DNA from: Candidatus Latescibacterota bacterium
Lineage (GTDB): Bacteria; Latescibacterota; UBA2968; UBA8231
Direction: 5' to 3'
Assembly: GCA_965203175.1 (NCBI GenBank)
Contig: OZ241867.1
Coordinates: 1,344,001-1,408,000, forward strand
DNA: 64,000 nucleotides
Shown here one piece after another: positions 22,301 through 30,336 of this stretch. Position numbers and translations under genes: made by a program. Below the pieces are notes generated by a model, which ran no database searches, was not told where the DNA came from, and worked only from the letters and a program-made list of their open reading frames with translations. Position 1 is the first letter of the stretch. Each line of letters opens with the position of its first letter.

Positions 22301-22461
22301 ACGAAAAGCAGCAGCTTGTGGAGGCGTTGCAAGCGACTAACTGGATTATCTATGGCGAGCGGGGTGCGGCGCGCTTGTTGGGCATGAATCCGGAACGGCT
22401 GCGCTCCCGCATGCGCTACTATGGACTGCGACGACCGAAAAAACCCGGTACGGGCAAGTAG
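19345..22461 (+). CDS. Sigma54-dependent activator (bEBP 2), paralogue of 10431-13580
   Basis: Same architecture; GETGTGKG, ESELFGHEKGAFTGA, WPGNVREL; start chosen at MSDISF after GAAGGA. Confidence 0.92.
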   Translation: MSDISFEHVLSSQYTIFDGLAGMHVEDIYQDSRGLLWISTVDGGVSRFDSARFETLGLKDGLPNLSVMTIAEDADGRMLFGTFGGGLAVYDGRDFQVYTTEHGLPSNEIFNLQPQPDGSILVLTSEGVGWVAQGHCIKSITHIDGQPLGRVYDMVTDAGGITWLATWGQGVLSLDGRRMDTGGRQVQYSWKLAQDPSGYLWIAFQYTGTEALIGRYDPRNEQLAFINVGNETEGAVQQGTRHIRSDERGWLWLSRRGVLCYNGQEWHSFSASLPDIDFSDTRLTYEDREGNIWIGLWGGGVIFCDPASIRRYIEADGLPDREIRCLGEDREGRVWIGTMGGMACMEEGQIRPVKTGEIVSAMVIDGQGQVWSGGNAGKVYKCEGQTLQAISVSEETHPEEIVGLCEDEQGRIWVGTFDGRFGWIEEDQITCLTDMSLYEGRAMLHDQDGVLWIGSYGVIPALWCYEGGHLHPADMAESESIAYVNVLWEHQNTLWVGTAKGLFALDLSSREARRFTAEQFGLSANSILALTADSHGNIWIGTSGGGVLRYDGQTFQSIRLGPSALENKVEAVLCDHRGRLWFGTRAGLVAYQPGHTPPRLVIREVMAGTLLAAPEAVSCPESTPEIRIHFQGISFRTGAGQMRYSHRLLGHDPTEQWSAFTAANAVAYSTLPVGEYRFEVRTMDRDGLISEVASLEIQILPDAKTERIHALENVLRATDHVVHSQSWAMRQVMEQTVRVAETAMTVLVLGETGTGKGLLAQTIHETSTRRERPFIRVNCGALPAGLVESELFGHEKGAFTGAASRQLGRFELADGGTLFLDEIGDLPLESQRVLLHILEEKALTRVGGQQPVSVDVRVIAATNRDLRQAIQEGTFREDLFYRLSVFTLELPPLRQRQEDIPALAVHFAKQYAQHLQRPVPTLDEGVVAHLQGYAWPGNVRELEHLINRAVLLCEGGVIRAGDLPLLSAARRRDAVLSATADGEGLDEKQQLVEALQATNWIIYGERGAARLLGMNPERLRSRMRYYGLRRPKKPGTGK

Positions 22462-22482
22462 AAGGCAGAGCTCGGAGCTAAC

Positions 22483-22538
22483 TACGAAAAATCGTATTGA
22501 GGATACGAAAAATCGTATTGAGGATACGGAAAATCGTA
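22483..22538. promoter_or_regulatory. Three TACG-N6-CGTA palindromes at 21-bp period (candidate enhancer)
   Basis: Units start at 22483, 22504 and 22525, about 140-180 bp upstream of a sigma54 box. Confidence 0.7.
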
Positions 22539-22612
22539 TATTGCCTTGTGCCGATGGCGAGGCTGCGCATCAGGAAAGCCTCACGATATAATTGTTAAGT
22601 ATTATGTTTTTC

Positions 22613-22644
22613 AATCCTTTAGGGTATTCCTGAAGGATTTTTTT
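22613..22644 (+). terminator. Hairpin + T-run, cassette copy 3
   Basis: AATCCTTTAGG-gtatt-CCTGAAGGATT followed by a T-run. Confidence 0.55.
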
Positions 22645-22661
22645 GTAGGTGGCCGAATTTT

Positions 22662-22677
22662 TGGCACGGAATATGCA
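22662..22677 (+). promoter_or_regulatory. Sigma54 -24/-12 promoter
   Basis: TGGCACGGAATATGCA with GG-N10-GC spacing. Confidence 0.85.
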
Positions 22678-22735
22678 TACATATAAGTTCTCAGTAGTGT
22701 GCCTTATTCATAAATCTTATGAAAGGAGCCGCGTT

Positions 22736-23629
22736 ATGAACTATCGGTCGATACTGATCGTCTGCTTGGCAACGCTGGGACTGGCCGTCGCCGGCTGGGG
22801 GCAAGCCGACGGTAAAATTGCGTTTATCTCCGACCGCGAGGAACACGATGACGTGTGGATTATGAATGCGGACGGGAGCAATTCCGTAAACCTGACCAAA
22901 GGACGGGATTGTGCTAGCCCGGCTTGGTCCCCGGATGGCACGAAGATCGCCTATATCGGCGACGTTTTTGATGATGATCAGTACGGTGGGGAGATTTGGT
23001 TGATGGATGCCGATGGCGGCAATCCACAGCAGCTAACAGAAGATAGAGTAATTCTTTGGTTGGCTTCAGCCGATAAAGAGAGTCTTTCGTGGTCTGAAGA
23101 CGGGAGTAGCATCTACTACACTACGGTGCGTTCGGAGGACGGCGGCTTCAGCGTAGAGTTCGATAATTTCGTCGTAGGGCTAGACGGAAGTGAGCCCATA
23201 TACGTAGATTCAGAGTTCCCCGATTTCGCTATTCTTCATCCGGTTTCTCCGGACGGCACCAAAAGAGCTCACGTCGTGTTAAACGATGAAGACGGTCAGG
23301 CTCGCCTCTATATCGTCGACTTGGTCGAGTACGAGCAAATAGCCATTGATCTGACGGATCTACCCAACGTCGACGTTACAGGCGTAAACCTAGTGACTTC
23401 TTCTACTTGGTCGCCCAACGGCATGAGAATCGCCTTCGAGTTTTACCCCGATTTTTTCAGCCAGCATGAAATCTGGGCGGTTGATATAGACGGGAGCGAC
23501 TTGGTCGAATTGACCAACGGCTTGGGTGGACGCGATCCCGCTTGGCAACCCGTTGTCCCTTCTGCTACTGCCACGAGCGTCGAAGCCCAGTCGTGGGGAC
23601 GGATCAAATCGCTGCTTTCAGTTCCATGA
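22736..23629 (+). CDS. TolB-like (PD40) secreted protein, array class A
   Basis: AAGGAG RBS then MNYRSILI; conserved ends; SWGRIK. Confidence 0.88.
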   Translation: MNYRSILIVCLATLGLAVAGWGQADGKIAFISDREEHDDVWIMNADGSNSVNLTKGRDCASPAWSPDGTKIAYIGDVFDDDQYGGEIWLMDADGGNPQQLTEDRVILWLASADKESLSWSEDGSSIYYTTVRSEDGGFSVEFDNFVVGLDGSEPIYVDSEFPDFAILHPVSPDGTKRAHVVLNDEDGQARLYIVDLVEYEQIAIDLTDLPNVDVTGVNLVTSSTWSPNGMRIAFEFYPDFFSQHEIWAVDIDGSDLVELTNGLGGRDPAWQPVVPSATATSVEAQSWGRIKSLLSVP

Positions 23630-23678
23630 CATAGATCAACCTTCTTATTCAATCTATCCATCCGAAAGGAACCACGTT

Positions 23679-23777
23679 ATGAACTATCGGTCTCTACTAA
23701 TCGCCTGCTTGGCAACGCTGGGTCTAGCTGTTGAATGTTGCTTTTCACTCACCATCCAGAAAGGATGTGAACTATGA
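23679..23777 (+). pseudogene. Signal-peptide-only remnant of an array gene
   Basis: MNYRSLLIACLATLGLAV followed by unrelated sequence. Confidence 0.75.
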
Positions 23778-24526
23778 CACATATTATTGCAGTCTCGTGC
23801 GCCCTCGCTTTGTGGGCCTTGCCCGCCGCTGCTCAAAACGACTGGCTGGGCACTTGGGAAGCTCACGTCGATCAAGTCGAGCACTACGTCTTCTACGACA
23901 AAAACGGTCGTGAGGTCACACAAGCGAAGTACGACAAGCTCATCCCTAGCTTTCAGGGGTCCATCGACACCCTGCGCATCAACGACGCGGACTGGATCAT
24001 CATCCACATGACCTTCAACGTCGATGGCACCTTTCAAATCCGCGAAGAGTTCCTCGCGAATGATGGCGACCTGTTCGCCAGCTTAGATGAAATGCTAGCC
24101 GCAAAGCTGGAACTCGACTCAATCAACGCCTTTCCTGCGGTAGCCACCATGACCTACGAGACAACCGGCACCTATGGCATCGATGGCGATACCATGTCGT
24201 GGGAAGCCGACGAACAGACTCTGTACGCAGGTGACACAGAGGCCAACGCATTCTTCGCCGCAGTCGCCTCGCAGCTAGCCGAGCAGTCAGAGCTTCCCGG
24301 AGACATAGGCCCCGACTTTGTAGAGGAATTTGGCGACAACTTGGGCAGAGTGCAGACGACGTCTGGCTCGTATGTTTACCAAGTTGAGGACGGCAGCCTC
24401 TTTCTCTCGCGCAACGGCAACTCCCTCTTGCAAGCGAGTTGGTTGAGTTCCATAGTACTGTCCCGCGTCGCCGACGACACGGCCGTGACCCCTACTAGTT
24501 GGGGCAGCCTGAAAGCAAGCAACTAA
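23774..24526 (+). CDS. Secreted hypothetical protein with SWGxLK tag
   Basis: Signal peptide ending AAAQ; C-terminus TAVTPTSWGSLKASN. Confidence 0.8.
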   Translation: MTHIIAVSCALALWALPAAAQNDWLGTWEAHVDQVEHYVFYDKNGREVTQAKYDKLIPSFQGSIDTLRINDADWIIIHMTFNVDGTFQIREEFLANDGDLFASLDEMLAAKLELDSINAFPAVATMTYETTGTYGIDGDTMSWEADEQTLYAGDTEANAFFAAVASQLAEQSELPGDIGPDFVEEFGDNLGRVQTTSGSYVYQVEDGSLFLSRNGNSLLQASWLSSIVLSRVADDTAVTPTSWGSLKASN

Positions 24527-24713
24527 GCAGGCGAAGCGATGAATAGGCTGACCGGGCCAACAATGGACACGCCGCCGGCACTTGGATAATTCCCACGTTG
24601 TTTCTCAGACTCCAAGGATGACTTTTAAATTTCAAACGGATACACTACCAAGCACATACTTGGGCGCTCAGGGATATAAATCCCATTCCTAATCTTCTGA
24701 AAGGAGCCATATT

Positions 24714-25625
24714 ATGAACTATCGATCTCTACTGATCGTCTGCTTGGCAACGCTGGGACTAGCCGTCGCTGGCTGGGGGCAAGCAGATGGTAAAATCGCA
24801 TTTATCTCCGACCGCGAGGGGCACTCTGACGTGTGGATTATGAATGCCGATGGGAGCGACCCCGTGAATTTGACCCAAGGACGGGATTGCGCTAGTCCGG
24901 TTTGGTCCCCGGATGGCACACAGATCGCCTATATTGCCAGCGGCGAAATCTGGTTGATGGGTGCCGATGGCAGCAATTCGCAACAGGTGACAGATGATGC
25001 CGTCGATAAAGCGCGGCTTTGGTGGTCTGAAGACGGGAGTAGCATTTACTATGTCGCCGTCATGACCGAGCCGCTGCCAGACGAGTGGGCTCCTGATGCG
25101 TTCGTTGCGGCGCTGGACGGCAGTGGCCCGTCGCCTGCGGACTGGAGAGAGGTATATGACCGCTTCCTCCCTGGTCTTTCCCCAGACAGAACCATAGCAG
25201 CATGGCTCACGTTGATAGAGCACGAGGATGCAGAGGGCCTTATCTATGCTTACTTCAACTTTTACAGTTACGGTGATCCCGATGATCACAGGCACCCAGG
25301 TCTTCTCCTGCCTGAATTGCGCCAGAATAAAGATATATACGGCGAACCCTACGATCATTGGCGGACTTTTCCTACTTGGTCGCCCAACGGCATAAGCATC
25401 GCCTTCGCTGGTTTTCTCGATGTCATTGGCCAGTTCGATATTTGGGCTGCTGATGTAGCAGAAGCAGATGAGAAAGGAAGGATCAAATTGACTGACTTGA
25501 CTAGCTTGACTAATGGTTTAGGTGGACGTGAGCCCGCTTGGCAACCGGTTCTCCCTTCTGCTACTGCCACGAGCGTCGAGGCCCAGTCGTGGGGACGGAT
25601 CAAATCGCTGCTTTCAGTACCATAG
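24714..25625 (+). CDS. TolB-like (PD40) secreted protein, array class A
   Basis: Conserved termini; SWGRIK. Confidence 0.88.
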   Translation: MNYRSLLIVCLATLGLAVAGWGQADGKIAFISDREGHSDVWIMNADGSDPVNLTQGRDCASPVWSPDGTQIAYIASGEIWLMGADGSNSQQVTDDAVDKARLWWSEDGSSIYYVAVMTEPLPDEWAPDAFVAALDGSGPSPADWREVYDRFLPGLSPDRTIAAWLTLIEHEDAEGLIYAYFNFYSYGDPDDHRHPGLLLPELRQNKDIYGEPYDHWRTFPTWSPNGISIAFAGFLDVIGQFDIWAADVAEADEKGRIKLTDLTSLTNGLGGREPAWQPVLPSATATSVEAQSWGRIKSLLSVP

Positions 25626-25677
25626 ACATATATCTAACTTTCTCATTCAATGCTATCCATCCGAAAGGAGCTACGTT

Positions 25678-26643
25678 ATGAACTATCGATCTCTACTAAT
25701 CGCCTGCTTGGCAACGCTGGGGCTGGCCGTCGCTGGCTGGGGGCAAGCCGACGGCAAAATCGCATTTACCTCGTGGCGCGAGGGGTCCGGGGACGTGTGG
25801 ATTATGAATGCGGATGGAAGCGACCCCGTAAACTTAACCCAAGGTCGGCATGGGCATTGCGTTGACTTGGTTTGGTCTCCAGATGGCACGAAGATCGCCT
25901 ATCTCGCCTTTAGTGACGATCCCGAGCCCGATTCTGATGGTGCCATTTGGGTCGATTATTCCGTTGCCGATATATGGGTGATGGACGCCGATGGTGGCAA
26001 CTCGCAACAAGTGGGATCTCTAACTCCCGGAAATGAAGTACTTTTTTGGGCTGAAGACGGAAGTAGCGTTTACTACTACCTGCGGGACCCCCAACAGCTA
26101 TTCGCTGTGGCGCTGGACGGCAGTGGTTTCTCACCTATATCTCGGACGGACGGGACTGGAATAGTCCGCCGGTTCTTCGATAATTCCAATCTTTCTCCAG
26201 ACGGAACCAAGCGGGCAACCGTCGTGTTGCAGGACGACGAGGGCAATGCCTATCTACGCCTAGCTGGCTACACCCCTATACGCCTAGCTGGCCTAGCTGG
26301 CTACGCCCCTACTGAGGGGCCGCAGCCTTCTGACCAGATAGAAGATTTCAGGGAGATTCCCCTTCCCGATCTACCCTATCAACAAGCTGAACTTGAACCC
26401 GGCTGGTATAGAGTGGCTCACTCTACTTGGTCGCCTGACAGCATGAGAATCGCCTTCTATGCCGCTAACGAGAAAGGGTACAGGGAGGTTTGGGTTGTTG
26501 GTATAGACGGGAGCAACTTGGTTAATCTGACCGACGGTTTGGGCGGAGATTATCCCGCTTGGCAACCCGTCGTCCTTTCTGCTGCCGCCACGAGCGTCGA
26601 AGCTCAGTCGTGGGGACGGATCAAAGCGCTGCTTTCTCATTAA
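25678..26643 (+). CDS. TolB-like (PD40) secreted protein, array class A
   Basis: AAGGAG RBS then MNYRSLLI at 25678; SWGRIK. Confidence 0.88.
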   Translation: MNYRSLLIACLATLGLAVAGWGQADGKIAFTSWREGSGDVWIMNADGSDPVNLTQGRHGHCVDLVWSPDGTKIAYLAFSDDPEPDSDGAIWVDYSVADIWVMDADGGNSQQVGSLTPGNEVLFWAEDGSSVYYYLRDPQQLFAVALDGSGFSPISRTDGTGIVRRFFDNSNLSPDGTKRATVVLQDDEGNAYLRLAGYTPIRLAGLAGYAPTEGPQPSDQIEDFREIPLPDLPYQQAELEPGWYRVAHSTWSPDSMRIAFYAANEKGYREVWVVGIDGSNLVNLTDGLGGDYPAWQPVVLSAAATSVEAQSWGRIKALLSH

Positions 26644-26766
26644 TCGCGCCTCGTGCGTAGGAGCGGTGCGGAGCGCAAGCCGCCCCTACGTGCCTTGATG
26701 GGAAGCGAAAAAAACGACCAAGCTGCCATAAGGGATGAGGTCTAATCTTCTGAAAGGAGGCACGTT

Positions 26767-27801
26767 ATGAACTATCGGTCTCTACTGATCGTCTGCTTGG
26801 CAACGCTGGGGCTGGCCGTCACTGGCTGGGGGCAAATCGACGGTAAGGATGTTGACAATCCGGCCGGTCCGTCGTTGTCGGCGGGGACGAGCAGTAATGA
26901 GGAGGCTTGGGTCGTCGGGGCCATACGCCGCCTGACCGATCACTCGGCCAATTACAGGTCTCCGTCTTGGTCTCCGGATGGCCAGCATATCGTCTTCGAT
27001 TCCAACCGCCGCGGCAAGGCGGATATTTACGTAATGGGTGCGGATGGGAGCAACCCCCGCCGCCTGACCGACCACCCAGATTGGGCCGCGTATCCCTCTT
27101 GGTCTCCGGATGGCCAGCACATTGCCTTCATATCCGAGCACGACAGCAGCGATGTAGGTTCGGATATTTACGTGATAGGTGCGGATGGGAGCAACCGCCG
27201 CAACCTGACCAACGACTCGGAGTGGCACTATTCTCCGTCTTGGTCTCCCGATGGCCGGCACATCGCCTTCGTGACCGTGGCCGGGCACTACGGAGAGTCT
27301 AATATTTACGTAATGGATTTGGATGGGAGCGGCCCCCGCCGCCTGATAGCCCACCCAGGGCCGATCCGGTCTCCGTCTTGGTCGCCGGATGGCCAATACA
27401 TCGCCTTCGATTCCGACCGCGACGGCAACATTTACGTAATGGGTTCGGATAGGAGCTACCGCCGCCGCCTGACCGACCACCCGGCCGACGATAGGTCTCC
27501 GTCTTGGTCTCCGGATGGCCGGCACATCGCCTTCGAGTCCAATCGCGACGGCGACTGGGAGATCTACGTGATGGATTCGGATGGGAGCAATCCCCGCCGC
27601 CTGACCGACCACCCGGCCGACGATAGGTCTCCGTCTTGGTCTCCGGATGGCCGGCACATCGCCTTCGAGTCCAATCGCGACGGCAACTGGGAGATCTACG
27701 TGATGGACATCGCGTCTCATATCGGCGGGGAGCCGACGGCTGTGGCCGAGACCTCGTGGGGACGGATCAAGAGGCATTTGCAAGATCATGCCGGCAACTA
27801 A
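26767..27801 (+). CDS. TolB-like protein with six regular PD40 repeats, array class B
   Basis: Repeated RRLTDHP...SPSWSPDG.HIAF.S.R....IYVM..DGS; tail GGEPTAVAETSWGRIK. Confidence 0.9.
   Translation: MNYRSLLIVCLATLGLAVTGWGQIDGKDVDNPAGPSLSAGTSSNEEAWVVGAIRRLTDHSANYRSPSWSPDGQHIVFDSNRRGKADIYVMGADGSNPRRLTDHPDWAAYPSWSPDGQHIAFISEHDSSDVGSDIYVIGADGSNRRNLTNDSEWHYSPSWSPDGRHIAFVTVAGHYGESNIYVMDLDGSGPRRLIAHPGPIRSPSWSPDGQYIAFDSDRDGNIYVMGSDRSYRRRLTDHPADDRSPSWSPDGRHIAFESNRDGDWEIYVMDSDGSNPRRLTDHPADDRSPSWSPDGRHIAFESNRDGNWEIYVMDIASHIGGEPTAVAETSWGRIKRHLQDHAGN
27462..27707 (+). repeat. Near-exact intragenic tandem duplication (132-bp period, one PD40 blade)
   Basis: 27462-27575 versus 27594-27707; one visible mismatch. 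Confidence 0.85.
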
Positions 27802-27958
27802 GCAGAACAGGTTGAGTGCATTTGTCGGCTCCTCCAGCGCCTGCCAGAGGAGTTCCGCCGAGCGCTGGACAACCTAGCCATCGTCGTCGAGGACTCATAA
27901 CAACTAAAGGCTGCGTAACGTCAGTTATTCAATCTATCCATTCGAAAGGAGCCGCGTT

Positions 27959-28924
27959 ATGAACTATCGAGCCATATTTGTCGTCTGCTTGGCAACGCTG
28001 GGACTAGCTGTCGCAGGCTGGGGGCAAGCCGACGGTAAAATCGCATTTATCTCCGACCGCGAGGGGTACTCTGACGTGTGGATTATGAATGCGGATGGGA
28101 GCGACCCCGTAAACCTGACCCAAGGACGGGATTGCGCTAGCCCGGCTTGGTCTCCAGATGGCACGAAGATCGCCTATATTGCCAGCGGCGAAATCTGGTT
28201 GATGGACGCCGCCGGCAGCAATCCGCAACAGGTGACAGACGATGCCGTCGATAAAGCGCGGCTTTTTTGGTCTGAAGACGGGAGTAGCATTTACTATGTC
28301 GCCGTCCCGACTTGGCCGCTTCCGGACGAGTGGGCCCCTGATGCGTTCCTTGCGGAGTTGGATGGCAGTGGCTCGTCGCCCGTGGACTGGAGAGAAGTAT
28401 ACAGCCGCTTCCTCCCTGGTGTTTCCCCTGACGGAAGCCAACTAGCAACTGTCACGTTGTGGGATGGAGAGGGGGGCCATAGGCATGGTCCCCGTGTTCT
28501 CCGGCCGGGCGAGCCCGGCACTGTCCGGCCAGGCGAGCCCTACACAGCAAAGCACAGGCGCTACGAAGCGGGCCGTGTCCATGCTCTCTTCTACATCGGC
28601 ACCAGTGCCTTTGATCACATGCACTCAGGTGATCTCCTGCCTGAATCGCTGCAGAATAAACTGATATATACCGAACCCTACGAAGAGTGGCGAACCTACC
28701 CTACTTGGTCGCCCGACGGCCTGAGAATAGCCTTCGCTAGTTTTCTCGATTTCATGGGTCAGTTTGAGATTTGGGCTGCTGATACAGACGGGGACAACTG
28801 GGTCGAGTTGACCAACGGCTTGGGAGGACATGAGCCCGCTTGGCAACCTGTCGTCCCTTCTGCTACTGCCACGAGAGTAGAGTCTCAGCCGTGGGGACAG
28901 ATCAAAGCGCTGCTTTCTCATTAA
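27959..28924 (+). CDS. TolB-like (PD40) secreted protein, array class A
   Basis: Close to 18159-19022 with an inserted RPGEPG/RPGEPY loop; tail PWGQIK. Confidence 0.88.
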   Translation: MNYRAIFVVCLATLGLAVAGWGQADGKIAFISDREGYSDVWIMNADGSDPVNLTQGRDCASPAWSPDGTKIAYIASGEIWLMDAAGSNPQQVTDDAVDKARLFWSEDGSSIYYVAVPTWPLPDEWAPDAFLAELDGSGSSPVDWREVYSRFLPGVSPDGSQLATVTLWDGEGGHRHGPRVLRPGEPGTVRPGEPYTAKHRRYEAGRVHALFYIGTSAFDHMHSGDLLPESLQNKLIYTEPYEEWRTYPTWSPDGLRIAFASFLDFMGQFEIWAADTDGDNWVELTNGLGGHEPAWQPVVPSATATRVESQPWGQIKALLSH

Positions 28925-29009
28925 TCGCGCCTCGTGCGTAGGGGTGGTGTGGAGCGCAAGCGCATGGAGAATACGGGTTGCGCCGACTTAAGACGTCGCA
29001 AGCGGCTAA

Positions 29010-29065
29010 CACGGAAAGTCGTGGAAAATCCACGGAAAATCGTGAATATTCCACGAAAAAACGTG
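29010..29065. promoter_or_regulatory. Three CACG-N6-CGTG palindromes at 21-bp period (candidate enhancer)
   Basis: Units start at 29010, 29031 and 29052. Confidence 0.7.
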
Positions 29066-29139
29066 GAAAACTTTGCGCCGACGGCTGAGACTGTGCATCG
29101 CAGAAAGGCTCGTTTCATATTTTAAGTGTTATGTTTTTC

Positions 29140-29170
29140 AAGCCTTTAGGGTATTACTAAAGGCTTTTTT
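29140..29170 (+). terminator. Hairpin + T-run, cassette copy 4
   Basis: AAGCCTTTAG-ggtatta-CTAAAGGCTT followed by a T-run; compensatory T-A to G-C change relative to the other copies. Confidence 0.6.
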
Positions 29171-29187
29171 GTCGGCGATCGTATTTT

Positions 29188-29203
29188 TGGCACGGAATGT
29201 GCC
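29188..29203 (+). promoter_or_regulatory. Sigma54 -24/-12 promoter
   Basis: TGGCACGGAATGTGCC with GG-N10-GC spacing. Confidence 0.8.
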
Positions 29204-29256
29204 TATATTCCCTCCATAGCGAACCCTATTCATAACCTTTTGCAAGGAGCTACGTT

Positions 29257-30291
29257 ATGAACAATCGGTCTCTACTGATCGCCTGCTTGGCAACGCTGGG
29301 GCTGGCCGTCGCTGGCTGGGGGCAAGCCGACGGTAAGGATGTTGACAATCCGGCCGATCCGTCGCTGTCGGCGGGGATTGGGCAAGCGGTGACGAGCAGT
29401 GGTGGGGAGGCTTGGGTCGTCGGAGCCATACGCCGCCTGACTGACTATTCGGCCAGCTACAGCTCTCCGTCTTGGTCCCCGGATGGTCAGCACATCGCCT
29501 TTGGGTTCGAGCGCGACGGCCGGGCTAAGATTTACGTGATAGGTTCGGATGGGAGCGACTTCCGCCGCTTGACCGACCACCCGGCTTGGGCCGCGCTTCC
29601 CACTTGGTCCCCGGATGGTCAGCACATCGCCTTCGTGTCTGAGCGCGGCGTCAGCGATATTTACGTGATAAGTTCGGATGGGAGCGACCGCCGCAATCTG
29701 ACCAACGATTCGCATTGGGACTGGTCTCCGTCTTGGTCTCCAGATGGTCGGCACATCGCCTTCGTGTCCGGGCGCGGTAGCTACGGCAAGGCTGAGATTT
29801 ACGTGATAGATTCGGATGGGAGCAACTCTCGCCGCCTGACCGACCACCCGGAGCAGGTCGATTCTCCCACTTGGTCCCCGGATGGTCAGCACATCGCCTT
29901 CGTGTCCGAGCGCGGCGGCAGGGCTGGGATTTACGTGATGGGATCGGATGGGAGCAACCCTCGCCGCCTGACGGACCCCTCGGCCGACTACAAGTCTCCG
30001 TCTTGGTCTCCAGACGGCCAGTACATCGCCTTTGAGTCCGAGTGGTACGACAGGGTTGGGATTTACGTGATGGATTCGGATGGGAGCAACCCCCGCCGCT
30101 TGACGGACCCCTCGGCCGACTACAGGTCTCCGTCTTGGTCTCCGGATGGTCGGTACATCGCCTTCGAGTCCAACCGCGACGGCGACTGGGGGATTTACGT
30201 GATGGACATCGCGTCTTATACCGGTGGGGAGCCGACGGCTGTGGCCGAGACCTCGTGGGGACGGATCAAATCGTTGCTTTCAACCCCATGA
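29257..30291 (+). CDS. TolB-like protein with regular PD40 repeats, array class B
   Basis: Paralogue of 26767-27801; tail GGEPTAVAETSWGRIK. Confidence 0.9.
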   Translation: MNNRSLLIACLATLGLAVAGWGQADGKDVDNPADPSLSAGIGQAVTSSGGEAWVVGAIRRLTDYSASYSSPSWSPDGQHIAFGFERDGRAKIYVIGSDGSDFRRLTDHPAWAALPTWSPDGQHIAFVSERGVSDIYVISSDGSDRRNLTNDSHWDWSPSWSPDGRHIAFVSGRGSYGKAEIYVIDSDGSNSRRLTDHPEQVDSPTWSPDGQHIAFVSERGGRAGIYVMGSDGSNPRRLTDPSADYKSPSWSPDGQYIAFESEWYDRVGIYVMDSDGSNPRRLTDPSADYRSPSWSPDGRYIAFESNRDGDWGIYVMDIASYTGGEPTAVAETSWGRIKSLLSTP

Positions 30292-30336
30292 CATACATCT
30301 AATCTTCTCATTCATCCTTCTGAAAGGAGCCACGTT

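Noticed and set aside
22483-22538. CRISPR array (also considered for 29010-29065 and the REP-like repeats)
   Set aside because: Units are 21-bp tandem repeats without unique spacers and no cas genes are present.
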